From an uncultured Solirubrobacteraceae bacterium (GTDB taxonomy: Bacteria; Actinomycetota; Thermoleophilia; Solirubrobacterales; Solirubrobacteraceae), in contig OY969117.1 of the NCBI GenBank assembly GCA_963698065.1, positions 3,574,329-3,638,328 of the forward strand: a stretch of DNA of 64,000 nucleotides, given 5' to 3'. Made by a program: the position numbers and the translations under genes. Positions 50,264 through 59,024 of the stretch are shown here, piece by piece. The notes under the pieces were generated by a model. The model ran no database searches. It was not told the DNA's origin and saw only the letters and a program-made list of their open reading frames with translations. Position 1 is the stretch's first letter, and each line of letters starts with the position of its first letter.

Positions 50264-51960
50264 GCGATCGAGGCTGGGCGTGGCTGGCCGGCGCGCCGCG
50301 CCGGGAGCCTTGCCGTCAGCAGGGTCCCGGCCTCGCTCGATTCGACGTGCATGGTGCCGCCCGCAAGGCCCACCCGCTCGCGCATCCCCGCCAGCCCGAA
50401 GCCCTGATCGACGCTGGCGGTGTCGAAGCCCTTGCCATCGTCCTTGACCTCGACCACCAGCTCGCCGTCTGCTTCGCCAATCGATACCGACACGCGCTTG
50501 GCGTGTGCGTGCTTGACGATGTTGGTGAGCGCCTCCTGCAAGAGCCTGTAGACCGTGACCTCGAGCTCGGCGTCGAGCCGCTCGCCTGCGTCCGGGGAGC
50601 GCCCGAGCGTCATCTCGGCCTCGATCTCCAGGCCACTGCGATCGTGGTGGCGGTCGAGCAGCGACTCGATCGCCGCGTGCAGGCCGAGCTCGTCGAGGGC
50701 TGCCGGACGCAGGTCGGTGATGATCGAGCGCAGGTTGCCGATCTCCTGCTCGATGCGCTGCACCGCGTCCCGCATCGCGCCCTGCGCGATCTCGAAGTCC
50801 TCGCGTCGCAGGGCAGCCGAGAGCAGCACCCGCAGGCCGCCCAGTCCCTGCAGCGTCTCGTCGTGGAGCTCGCGCGCCCAGCGACCCCGCTCAGCGTCAG
50901 CTGCGGCCTGGGCGCCGCGCAGGCGGTCAGCCAACACGCTCTGGGCCAGCACGACGGCCGTGGCTGCGCTGGCGGCGAACGTGCGCAGCGTCTGCTCGTC
51001 GTCCTCGGTGAACACGCCCGCGTCCTCGCCCCGGTCGAATGCTGCGAGCACGCCCACGGCATCGCCGCGATAGAGCATCGGCACGAGCAGCGCCGTCTGT
51101 GCGCCTTCGATGCCGAACTCGGCAGGGGCTATCCCCAGGCGCGCTTCGACGTCGACCACACGCTCGGGGCGATGGCGCTCGAGCACCTGCCCGGATGTGG
51201 AGGCGTCGATCGGCAAGCGTGCGCCGCGACCCTCCTGCACGTGGCCGGCACTCGCGTGCACGACCAGATCCTCACCCTCGCGCAACATGATCACGAGGCT
51301 GCGGGCAGCGACCAGCGCGCGTCCCCGCTTCGCGATCAGCTCGAGGACGTGCTCGAGCGCGATCTCTCCGCCGATCGCGACGGCCACGTCACGCGTGGCT
51401 TCCAGGCCACGCACGGCTTTCTCGAGCTCGTGGCGGCGCAGCTCGCTGACCTCGAACAGTCGAGCGTTGTGGATTGCCACGGCGGCCCAGTCGGCGAGGA
51501 TCACAGCGGCCTGCTCGTCGCGCTCGGTGAACTCGCCTCCACCCTCCTTCTCGGCCAGGTAGAGATTGCCCCACACCTCACCCCGTACGGCTACGGGCAC
51601 ACCGAGGAAGCTGCTCATCGCCGGGTGGGCGGCCGGGAAGCCGTAGCTGCGCGGATGCACGCCGACGTCTGCCAGACGCAGTGGCTCTGGATGCTCGATC
51701 AGGACGCCGAGCACCCCCCGCCCACGCGGGAGATCGCCGATCGCACGACGCGTCTCCTCGCCTATGCCGGAGGTGAGGAACTGGGCGAGCTCGGTGCGAC
51801 GCTCGTTGAGGACCCCGAGCGCGGCGTACTTGGCTCCGGTGATCTCACGCGCTGTCGCGAGCACCTGGTCGAGCACCAGGTCGAGGTCGAGCTCGGTTAC
51901 GAGCGACCGGCCCACATCGAGCAGGCGGCGAATCCACAGCTCATCCGGCGTCGAGTCCAT
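50230..51960 (-). CDS. Soluble GAF-GAF sensor histidine kinase (DevS/DosS/DosT-like architecture)
   Basis: Two GAF units (LVLDQVLATAREITGAKYAALGVL...GNLYLAEKE and LEHVLELIAKRGRALVAARSLVIML...). HisKA_3 H-box RWARELHDETLQGL. HATPase QEALTNIVKHA...VKDDGKGF. No TM segments. Confidence 0.85.
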   Translation of the reverse strand: MDSTPDELWIRRLLDVGRSLVTELDLDLVLDQVLATAREITGAKYAALGVLNERRTELAQFLTSGIGEETRRAIGDLPRGRGVLGVLIEHPEPLRLADVGVHPRSYGFPAAHPAMSSFLGVPVAVRGEVWGNLYLAEKEGGGEFTERDEQAAVILADWAAVAIHNARLFEVSELRRHELEKAVRGLEATRDVAVAIGGEIALEHVLELIAKRGRALVAARSLVIMLREGEDLVVHASAGHVQEGRGARLPIDASTSGQVLERHRPERVVDVEARLGIAPAEFGIEGAQTALLVPMLYRGDAVGVLAAFDRGEDAGVFTEDDEQTLRTFAASAATAVVLAQSVLADRLRGAQAAADAERGRWARELHDETLQGLGGLRVLLSAALRREDFEIAQGAMRDAVQRIEQEIGNLRSIITDLRPAALDELGLHAAIESLLDRHHDRSGLEIEAEMTLGRSPDAGERLDAELEVTVYRLLQEALTNIVKHAHAKRVSVSIGEADGELVVEVKDDGKGFDTASVDQGFGLAGMRERVGLAGGTMHVESSEAGTLLTARLPARRAGQPRPASIAQAPISPRRSA

Positions 51961-51977
51961 CTTTACAGAGACTAGTC

Positions 51978-52006
51978 CTATCTACGCATAGGAATTGCAT
52001 AGATAT
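51978..52006. promoter_or_regulatory. Imperfect 11-bp inverted repeat CTATCTACGCA-N7-TGCATAGATAT in an AT-rich intergenic island
   Basis: Read directly; 9 of 11 positions pair. It lies 18-46 nt upstream of the kinase start (51960, minus strand). Confidence 0.4.
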
Positions 52007-52017
52007 ACGTAACTGAG

Positions 52018-52034
52018 AACCCCGGCCAGGGGTT
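52018..52034. promoter_or_regulatory. Perfect inverted repeat AACCCC-GGCCA-GGGGTT overlapping a TTGACC (-35-like) hexamer
   Basis: Read directly. TTGACC at 52033-52038. Candidate operator or RNA hairpin in the kinase / small-ORF divergent region. Confidence 0.4.
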
Positions 52035-52140
52035 GACCTTTCGTCTCGTTTGATGGCTTTGTGATCAGTAATTGACCCACTTCATCGCACGGAACAACCC
52101 CAACGACAGGGCGTTTCCCGCCACCTACGCTGCTGATGCG

Positions 52141-52338
52141 ATGGATCAAGGTCTGTACTGCCACTTCTGTGGAGACTCGATCGGCGTATATGAGCCGCTG
52201 ATCGCGCTCGCTGACGGCGGCGCCTACGAAACCTCGCGGGCAGCTCATGACCACCCCGACAGCCTGCCCACCCCCTGCTACCACCGCGCCTGCTTCGAGC
52301 AACTACAGAGAACGGGCCTCAGGCCGTCCACCGCCTGA
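52141..52338 (+). CDS. Small (65 aa) four-Cys hypothetical protein
   Basis: MDQGLYCHFCGDSIGVYEPLIAL...PTPCYHRACFEQL has a CxxC ... CxxxC arrangement. Third-position GC is roughly 75-80%, which is coding-like but below the neighbours. No clear SD. The TTG 52072 extension is doubtful. Confidence 0.4.
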   Translation: MDQGLYCHFCGDSIGVYEPLIALADGGAYETSRAAHDHPDSLPTPCYHRACFEQLQRTGLRPSTA

Positions 52339-52427
52339 ACGGGCGCGAGGCATTACGTAGTTTTCCCTGGCGCTACGACGGATTTGTTCGGCTGAAGCAG
52401 CCTCACCGGTGCGACTAGCCTCAGGGC

Positions 52428-53570
52428 ATGTCCACTCAACCTCCCCCATCCAAGCTCCGTGTTCTCATCGCCGGCGGAGGCGTGGCCGCGCTCGAGACAG
52501 CAATCGCACTGGCGGACCTCGCCCCTGATCTGACCTCCACAACCGTGCTCGCGCCGAACAGCGAGTTCGTCGAACGGCCGATGCGGGTACGTGAGCCGTT
52601 CGCCTACCCACAGGCACGCCACTTCCCTCTGGATCAGATCGTGCGCGACGCCGGCGCCGAGCTGATCGCAGACGAGCTCGCCTGGATCGATCCGGCCAAG
52701 CGGATCGTGCACACCCAGGCAGGGAGCGAGCTCGAGTACGACGCGTTGGTGCTGGCGCTCGGTGGACGCATCTGCCCGCGCTACAAGCACGCGCTCACGA
52801 TCGACGACCGCAAGCTGGACGAGACGCTTCACGGGCTGATCCAGGATGTCGAGGAGGGCTACGTCAAGAGCCTCGCCTTCGTGGCGCCGGGCCGAATGCC
52901 ATGGCCCCTGCCGCTGTACGAGCTCGCGCTGCTGACCGCCACGCGCGCCTACGACATGGACGTCGAGCTCGCGATCACGCTGATCACCCCCGAGGACAGC
53001 CCACTGGCGATCTTCGGCGCGACCGCGAGCGCTGCCGTCGCCGAGCTGCTCGCCAAGGCCCGCATCACGACGATCACCTCCAGCTACGCCGAGGTCCCGC
53101 ACAACCGCGAGATCGTCCTCAACCCCGGCGACCGTCACCTCAGCGTCGACCGGATCGTGGCGCTTCCCGAGCTGTACGGACCTTCGGTGCGCGGCGTGCC
53201 ACTCAGCGAACACGGCTTCCTACGCGTCGACCGCTACTGCAAGCTGCTCGACGTCGAGGGCATCTACGCGGCCGGCGACGCGATCGAGTTCGCCGTCAAG
53301 CACGGCGGCATCGCCTCCCAGCAGGCCGACACGGTGGCGATGTCGATCGCCGCCAAGGCCGGTGCCCCGGTGACCCCCGAGCCCTTCCGCCCGATCATCC
53401 GCGGGATGCTGCTGACAGGAGGCGAGCCGCGCTACCTGACCGCTCGAATCACCGGCGGGGCAGGCTTCAGCTCGGAGATAACCGACACCCCCACCTGGTC
53501 GCCACCCAGCAAGATCTCCTCCAAGTACCTCGCGCCGTACCTCGAGGAACACGTGCCGGCAAGGACATGA
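52428..53570 (+). CDS. FAD-dependent pyridine nucleotide-disulfide oxidoreductase (SQR / NDH-2-like)
   Basis: LRVLIAGGGVAALETAIALA dinucleotide-binding fold at the N-terminus, YDALVLALGG, IYAAGDAIEF near the C-terminus. Confidence 0.75.
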   Translation: MSTQPPPSKLRVLIAGGGVAALETAIALADLAPDLTSTTVLAPNSEFVERPMRVREPFAYPQARHFPLDQIVRDAGAELIADELAWIDPAKRIVHTQAGSELEYDALVLALGGRICPRYKHALTIDDRKLDETLHGLIQDVEEGYVKSLAFVAPGRMPWPLPLYELALLTATRAYDMDVELAITLITPEDSPLAIFGATASAAVAELLAKARITTITSSYAEVPHNREIVLNPGDRHLSVDRIVALPELYGPSVRGVPLSEHGFLRVDRYCKLLDVEGIYAAGDAIEFAVKHGGIASQQADTVAMSIAAKAGAPVTPEPFRPIIRGMLLTGGEPRYLTARITGGAGFSSEITDTPTWSPPSKISSKYLAPYLEEHVPART

Positions 53571-54010
53571 GCGCCGCCCCTTCCAGCAGCTCGAGCCGGT
53601 GCGTCGTCCTGGGCTACGACCGCTCCGAGGACTCGCGGGCGGCCGCCCACTGGGCCGTCCAGGAGCTGCTCCCCGACGGCAAGCTCGTGATCGTCCACGC
53701 CGGGCGACCGTTGCACGCTCCGCCCTCACCGCTCTCGAGCGCCCACGAGCGCGCCCAGCTCGGACGTGCGATCGTCGACGAGCTGCTGCTGGAGGGAGAG
53801 GACCAGTTGCACGACCTCGACCTCGCCGTCGAGATCCTCGACGAGGACCCTGTCAGCGCCCTGATCGACGCAGCCAAGCGCCACGAGGCGGGTGCAATCG
53901 TAATCGGCGGGCGCTCCCACTCGCGCCTTCACCGGGCCATCGGCGTCGTGACCGACGAGTTGCTCTCGCGCTCGCCGGTTGCTGTGATCGCCGTGCCTCG
54001 CCCGGCCTGA
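53567..54010 (+). CDS. Universal stress protein (single domain)
   Basis: ATG 53567 has an ATGA overlap with the upstream stop. CVVLGYDRSEDSRAAAHWAV...AGAIVIGGRSHSRLHRAIGVVTDELLSRSPVAVIAVPR. Confidence 0.8.
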   Translation: MSAAPSSSSSRCVVLGYDRSEDSRAAAHWAVQELLPDGKLVIVHAGRPLHAPPSPLSSAHERAQLGRAIVDELLLEGEDQLHDLDLAVEILDEDPVSALIDAAKRHEAGAIVIGGRSHSRLHRAIGVVTDELLSRSPVAVIAVPRPA

Positions 54011-54023
54011 GCTTGCTCGACGT

Positions 54024-54590
54024 CTAGCGCAGCGCGCTGCGATGTCTGCGTTCGTAGCTCAAGCCGCCCCGACCCAGACGTCGGATGTAGCCCGAGATAA
54101 CCGCGCCGACGATCAGGTAGACGATCAGCGCAATGCCCCAGTCGATGGTGATCGCGCGCTTGGGGTGCCCGTTGAAGGCGATCAGGCCGGTGAACGAGCC
54201 GGCGAAGAAATTCGCCCCTTCGTGGATGCCTTTGACGATCGTGTTGGAGGCGTTTGCGTCGACGTCGCGCAGGACGATCGCGAGCGCGATCAGCAGCGCG
54301 ATCAGGCTGGCCACGCTCATCACCAGCCGAGCGAGCAGCATCACACCCGACCCCACCGCCCCGACAGCAGCCGCCCCCGCGTCTCGCGTGCGCCAACCCA
54401 TCCCCCGGCGGCGTGAACGCACAGGGCGTTCCTCGGCGGCCACGGGTCGTTCCCGTGGAGCTGCAGGAGCGGACTCCGCCGTGGCACGCGGTTGGCGCTC
54501 AGCCGTGGCGGCAGGGGCGGCGTCGGCGGAGGCCCCGGGTTCAGGCGAGGAGGGTTCCTGTCCGGCTCGATTGCTGCGTTTGAGTTTCAT
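54024..54590 (-). CDS. Membrane protein, hypothetical (charged Ala/Pro/Arg-rich N-terminus, 3 TM C-terminus)
   Basis: GAVGSGVMLLARLVMSVASLIALLIALAIVL and WGIALIVYLIVGAVISGYI hydrophobic segments. Confidence 0.55.
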   Translation of the reverse strand: MKLKRSNRAGQEPSSPEPGASADAAPAATAERQPRATAESAPAAPRERPVAAEERPVRSRRRGMGWRTRDAGAAAVGAVGSGVMLLARLVMSVASLIALLIALAIVLRDVDANASNTIVKGIHEGANFFAGSFTGLIAFNGHPKRAITIDWGIALIVYLIVGAVISGYIRRLGRGGLSYERRHRSALR

Positions 54591-54642
54591 GGGCTGTAGC
54601 TACCCGGCTGGAGGCCGGCCGACACGGTCATTTCGGAATCCC

Positions 54643-55524
54643 CTATGACTTCGACGGCGCGCTGGTGAGGAAGGTGGCGGCCAGATCTTCATCGCCGTGC
54701 TCGGTTACACCCTCCGCGAGGCGCGCGCTGATCGTCCTCACCAGCGGCAGGTCGAGGTCGTGTCGCTCGGCCAGCTCCTGGGCGAGGGCGGCATCCTTGG
54801 CCGCGAGCGCCAGGCGGAACGACGGCTCGAAGTCGCGCTCGATCATCGCCTGACCCTTCATCTGGAGGTAGGGCGCATCAAGGGGTCCGTCCGCGACGGC
54901 CTCGAGGAACAGGCGGGGATCGAGGTCCGCGCCCTCGGCGAGGGCAATCGCCTCGGCCACACCCTCTGCGATCGTGACGATCCAGCTGTTTGCCACGACC
55001 TTCAGGCGGCTGCCCGTGCCGGCGGCCCCGACCCACATGGTCCGCTTGCCGACCGCTCCGAAGACGGGCTCGAGCACCTCCCATGTCTCATCGGGGCCGG
55101 AGGCGAGGACGACGAGCTCGCCCTTCTCGGCCGGCTGCTTGGTGCCCAGCACGGGCGCGTCTACGAACGCGATGCCGTGGCGCTCGGCCAGCTCGTCGCA
55201 GCGCTCCGTTCCCGCAACCCCGATCGTGCTCATCTGCGCCCACACGAGCGAGCCGCTGGCTGTGGAGAGGAAGCCGTCCTCGCCGTCCATCACCTCCATC
55301 ACCGCGTCGGCGTCGGGGAGCATGGTGATCACGACCGCCGCGCCCTCCGCGGCCTGCGCCGGCGTGTCCACGATCGTGGCGCCGTGCTCGGCGAGCGGCT
55401 CGGCCTTCTCGCGGGTGCGATTCCAGGCCCGCAGCGGGATGTCGGCGCGGGCGATGTTTCCGCCCATCCCGAGGCCCATCGTGCCGCCGGCGCCAAGGAG
55501 GGCGACGGTCGCATTCGTGCTCAT
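54643..55524 (-). CDS. NAD(P)-dependent beta-hydroxyacid dehydrogenase (3-hydroxyisobutyrate / 6-phosphogluconate dehydrogenase-like)
   Basis: VALLGAGGTMGLGMGGNI Rossmann motif, FVDAPVLGT, SRLKVVANS. Confidence 0.85.
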   Translation of the reverse strand: MSTNATVALLGAGGTMGLGMGGNIARADIPLRAWNRTREKAEPLAEHGATIVDTPAQAAEGAAVVITMLPDADAVMEVMDGEDGFLSTASGSLVWAQMSTIGVAGTERCDELAERHGIAFVDAPVLGTKQPAEKGELVVLASGPDETWEVLEPVFGAVGKRTMWVGAAGTGSRLKVVANSWIVTIAEGVAEAIALAEGADLDPRLFLEAVADGPLDAPYLQMKGQAMIERDFEPSFRLALAAKDAALAQELAERHDLDLPLVRTISARLAEGVTEHGDEDLAATFLTSAPSKS

Positions 55525-55564
55525 CCGTCACACCTACCCCTGTCGCGCTCGCGGCTAACAGCGT

Positions 55565-56626
55565 TCAGGCGGCGGCTCGCCGCGAGGCTGGCGCATCGGC
55601 CAGCAGCTCACCCACCGCCGCCTCCACGCGGGCACGGATGCGCACGTCGGCCAGGTCGGGGCCCGTCTCGGCAAGCGACCCGAGCGATGCCCGGATCGTC
55701 ACGCCGTCCTGGTAGCGATCGATCACCCGGGGGTCCACGTAGGAGGCCCGGCACACGGCCGGCGTGTTGCCGAGATAGGCCGCCACGGTCTTGATGGCCG
55801 CGGTGATCGTGCGGGCGCTGGGAGCACGCCCGGCCGCAGCCTCCTCGGAGGCCGCCAGGGCAACCGCCGCGAGCACGGTCGCGTTCCATGTGCGGAAGTC
55901 CTTGGCCGTGAAGTCACTGCCCGTGTGCTCCTTGATGTAAGCGTTGACGTCCTCGGGGTGAATCTCCACCCACCGTCCCTGCTCGCGACAGGCCAGCAGT
56001 TGGGTTCCGCTGCGTCTGCGCTTGAGCACGCTCACCACCGCGAGGGCGTCGTGATCGATGATCGCCTGCACTCGCCGCTGACCCGACTTGGCCGGGAAGT
56101 CGAAGACGATCCGATCGTCCTCGATCGTGACGTGCTCGCGGCGCATAGTGGTGAGCCCGTAGGACTCGTTGCGCTCGGCGTAGTCCTCGGAGCCGATGCG
56201 GAAGAAGCCGAGGTCGAGCAGGCGCACCGCACAGGCCAGTACGCGCCGCCGTGAGAGCTCCTCGTCCGCGGCCCCCGCTGTGAAGCGCAGGTCGCGCGCG
56301 ACCCGACGGCGCAGCTTCGCAAGCGCCTCGCCGAAGGCGATCATCGAATCGAACTTCTGCCTGTCGCGATGGGTGCGCCAACGCTCGTGGTAGAGGTACT
56401 GCTTGCGTCCAGCGGCGTCCACGCCGGTGGCCTGGAGGTGACCCAGCGGATCCATGCAGATCCAGACATCGCGCCACGCCGGAGGGATGGCGAGCTCGGC
56501 GATCCGTTGCAGAACCTCGGGATCGTCGATCCGCGCCCCCGCGGGGTCACGGTATTCGAAGCCTCGCCCGCGCCCGCGCCGGGCGATCCCGGGAGCGGCG
56601 CAGCTCGACCGCCTCAGACGGGGCAA
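55565..56626 (-). CDS. Bacterial type IB DNA topoisomerase (poxvirus-like)
   Basis: MPRLRRSSCAAPGIARRGRGRGFEYRDPAG...LAIPPAWRDVWICMDPLGHLQATGVDAAGRKQYLYHERWR...FTAKDFRTWNATV...GNTPAVCRASYVDPRV (catalytic Tyr context). Confidence 0.85.
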   Translation of the reverse strand: MPRLRRSSCAAPGIARRGRGRGFEYRDPAGARIDDPEVLQRIAELAIPPAWRDVWICMDPLGHLQATGVDAAGRKQYLYHERWRTHRDRQKFDSMIAFGEALAKLRRRVARDLRFTAGAADEELSRRRVLACAVRLLDLGFFRIGSEDYAERNESYGLTTMRREHVTIEDDRIVFDFPAKSGQRRVQAIIDHDALAVVSVLKRRRSGTQLLACREQGRWVEIHPEDVNAYIKEHTGSDFTAKDFRTWNATVLAAVALAASEEAAAGRAPSARTITAAIKTVAAYLGNTPAVCRASYVDPRVIDRYQDGVTIRASLGSLAETGPDLADVRIRARVEAAVGELLADAPASRRAAA

Positions 56627-56708
56627 CGTGCGACTCGACTGGGGACTCTGAGCCTCACCGAGGCTACGGATACCCTCGCGCTCATGCGCCGAAACGGCGG
56701 AGCCCCAA

Positions 56709-57269
56709 GTGAGAGAAGTTGCGCCTGCGGGTAGTCAACAGGCCATGGACGCAATCGGTGGGCCCACAGAGGCGCATGCCAACGGCAGCTCTGAGCACGC
56801 GGGGTACGCGCCGCACGAGCATCGTCCGCTGGGGAGCTACGCGGCGCTTACGGGCGTCTTCGGCGCCGGCCTGAGTGGGGCGCTGCTCGCACTGCGCGCC
56901 TCCGGGCGCGAGCTTCCGGAGCGCCTCGGCCTCGCCGACGTGCTGCTCGTGGGGATCGCATCGCACAAGCTCAGCCGCATGACGACCAAGGACAAGGCCA
57001 CGAGCTTCCTACGCGCGCCCTTCACGCGCTTCCAGGCCGATACGGGACACGCTGAGGTGTCGGAGGAGCCGCGCGGCAGCGGTGCACGCCGTGCGATCGG
57101 CGAACTGCTCATCTGCCCCTACTGCCTGGCGCAGTGGATCACGGCGGCGATGAGCGTGGGGCTCGTCGCCGCACCGCGCCAGACGCGCTTCATCGCCGCG
57201 ATCTACGCCGAGCTCACGCTCGCGGACTTCCTGCAGCTGGCCTATCGCGCGGCGGAGGAGCGGGCATGA
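56709..57269 (+). CDS. DUF1360-like integral membrane protein
   Basis: TM helices plus the ICPYCLAQWI motif that I associate with DUF1360. Start is GTG 56709 or ATG 56745. Confidence 0.6.
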   Translation: MREVAPAGSQQAMDAIGGPTEAHANGSSEHAGYAPHEHRPLGSYAALTGVFGAGLSGALLALRASGRELPERLGLADVLLVGIASHKLSRMTTKDKATSFLRAPFTRFQADTGHAEVSEEPRGSGARRAIGELLICPYCLAQWITAAMSVGLVAAPRQTRFIAAIYAELTLADFLQLAYRAAEERA

Positions 57270-57303
57270 TCGCCCGCGTTTCGGAGCAGCGGTCGATGGG
57301 CAA

Positions 57304-57945
57304 TTGGACAGTGTGTCCGAGCCCCGCATTTCGCTCACCTTCGACGACGGTCCCGACGAGACGTGGACGCCGCATGTCCTGGCCGAGCTGGAGCGCTGTG
57401 GCGCGCACGCGAGCTTCTTCGTGATCGCCGAGCGTCTGCGCCTGGCCCCATGGGTTGTGGAAGAGGTGGCGAGTGCCGGACATGAGGTCGCCCTGCACTG
57501 CGAGCGCCATGTGCGCCACACCGATCTGAGCGAGCGCGAGATCGAAGCCGACACGATCGCGGCGCTCGCCTCGTTCGCCGAAGTCGGCGTGCATCCGGTC
57601 CGCTGGCGCACGCCCTGGGGTGTATGCACCCCCGCGAGCATCCGCGTCGCCGAGCGCCACGGACTCGAGCTGGTGCACTGGAGCATCGACACGCACGATT
57701 GGCGTGGAGACTCGCCCGCGGCGATGCTCGACGCGGCGGAGGCCGACCTGGAGGACGGAGCGATCGTGCTGATGCACGACGGCCTTGGCCCCGGCTCCAG
57801 GAGGGACGGCTGCGCGAACACCGTGGCCTTGATCGAGCCGCTGTGCGCCCTCGCCACCGAGCGCGGACTTAGCCTCGTCGGCGAGACGCCTGGCCTCGAG
57901 CAGCCCGACCCGTTCCTGAGCTCCAGCCCGACGACCGGAGGGTGA
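57304..57945 (+). CDS. Polysaccharide deacetylase (NodB homology / CE4)
   Basis: ISLTFDDGPDETWTPHVLAELERCGAHASFFV, HEVALHCERH, IVLMHDG are the CE4 motifs. TTG 57304 or GTG 57313 start. Confidence 0.85.
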   Translation: MDSVSEPRISLTFDDGPDETWTPHVLAELERCGAHASFFVIAERLRLAPWVVEEVASAGHEVALHCERHVRHTDLSEREIEADTIAALASFAEVGVHPVRWRTPWGVCTPASIRVAERHGLELVHWSIDTHDWRGDSPAAMLDAAEADLEDGAIVLMHDGLGPGSRRDGCANTVALIEPLCALATERGLSLVGETPGLEQPDPFLSSSPTTGG

Positions 57946-59024
57946 TCGTGCAGACACTCGCCGAGGAGAGATCCGGGGACGCCCCGGCGGCGCTCGCGAC
58001 CGCGCTCGAGCAGATAGCCGCCTGCGCGGGCGATCTCGACGCCCACCCGCGCTTCCCCACGGAGAACCTCGAAAGCCTGAAGGCGGCGGGGATCGCCCAG
58101 CTCGCGGCCGACCGCGCGCACAGTGCTCTGGCGCAGGAAATCGCACTGGTTCGCGCCGTCGCGAGCGTCGACGCCTCGACGGCGCGCATCCTCGACGGGC
58201 ACTTCAACGGGGTCGAGCGGGTCGCCATGTGCGCACCGGGAGAACTGCGCGAGCGCGAGCTGGCGGAGGTCGCACGGGGCACGATCCTGCTGGGGGTGTG
58301 GGGCGCCGATCCAAGCGGGCGCGAGGGCACTCCCGCGTGGATCGAGCGCGCCACCGACGGTGCGCTGCTGCTCCAGGGCACCAAGAGCTTCTGCTCCGGG
58401 GCGGGCGGCGTCCAGCGCGCGCTCGTGGTCGCGCGCGACTGGAACGACGAGCGCCGGCTCGCCTACGTCGACACGCGCAACGGTCTCGAGATCGATCGTG
58501 GCTGGTATCGCGCGTCGGGGCTGCGCGCGTCGGAGAGCCACCTGGTCCATTTCCACGACACGCCCGTGCTTGCGCTCCTCGGGGGCGCAGACGAGCTCCT
58601 GCGCGAGCCCTACATCTCGGGCGACGGCGTGCGAACCGCGGCGACGTGGGCGGGGATCGCGGACTGCATCCTCGGGCGCACGCTGGCGGTGATCGACGCC
58701 GAGAAGGCAGACGATCTGCGCCTGCATGCGCTCGGGCGGATGCGCGTGGCCCACGGAACGATCGATCGCTGGCTCGAGCACACAGCCACACGGCTGCACG
58801 ACGAGCAGCGCCCGGGCGAGCTGGCGGGTGAATGCCGGGTCGCCGTGGCCGATGCGGCCCGCGTCATCTCCGCCGAAGCCGCGGGTGTGTGCGGCGCACG
58901 CGAGTTGGCGGCGGGCGGCGTGCTCGACCGCGCCCGGCGCGACCTCGACCTGTTCCTGCTGCAGCACCGGCTCGAGCCGAAGCTCGTGGCACTCGGTCGC
59001 AGCGCGCTGCAAACACGCGGATGA
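57942..59024 (+). CDS. Acyl-CoA dehydrogenase-like flavoprotein
   Basis: About 360 aa with the ACAD-like middle and C-terminal pattern (LQGTKSFCSGAGG..., GLRASESHLVHFHDTPV, ...ARRDLDLFLLQH). GTGA overlap with the deacetylase stop. GGAGG favours GTG 57948 as the real start. Confidence 0.7.
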   Translation: MIVQTLAEERSGDAPAALATALEQIAACAGDLDAHPRFPTENLESLKAAGIAQLAADRAHSALAQEIALVRAVASVDASTARILDGHFNGVERVAMCAPGELRERELAEVARGTILLGVWGADPSGREGTPAWIERATDGALLLQGTKSFCSGAGGVQRALVVARDWNDERRLAYVDTRNGLEIDRGWYRASGLRASESHLVHFHDTPVLALLGGADELLREPYISGDGVRTAATWAGIADCILGRTLAVIDAEKADDLRLHALGRMRVAHGTIDRWLEHTATRLHDEQRPGELAGECRVAVADAARVISAEAAGVCGARELAAGGVLDRARRDLDLFLLQHRLEPKLVALGRSALQTRG

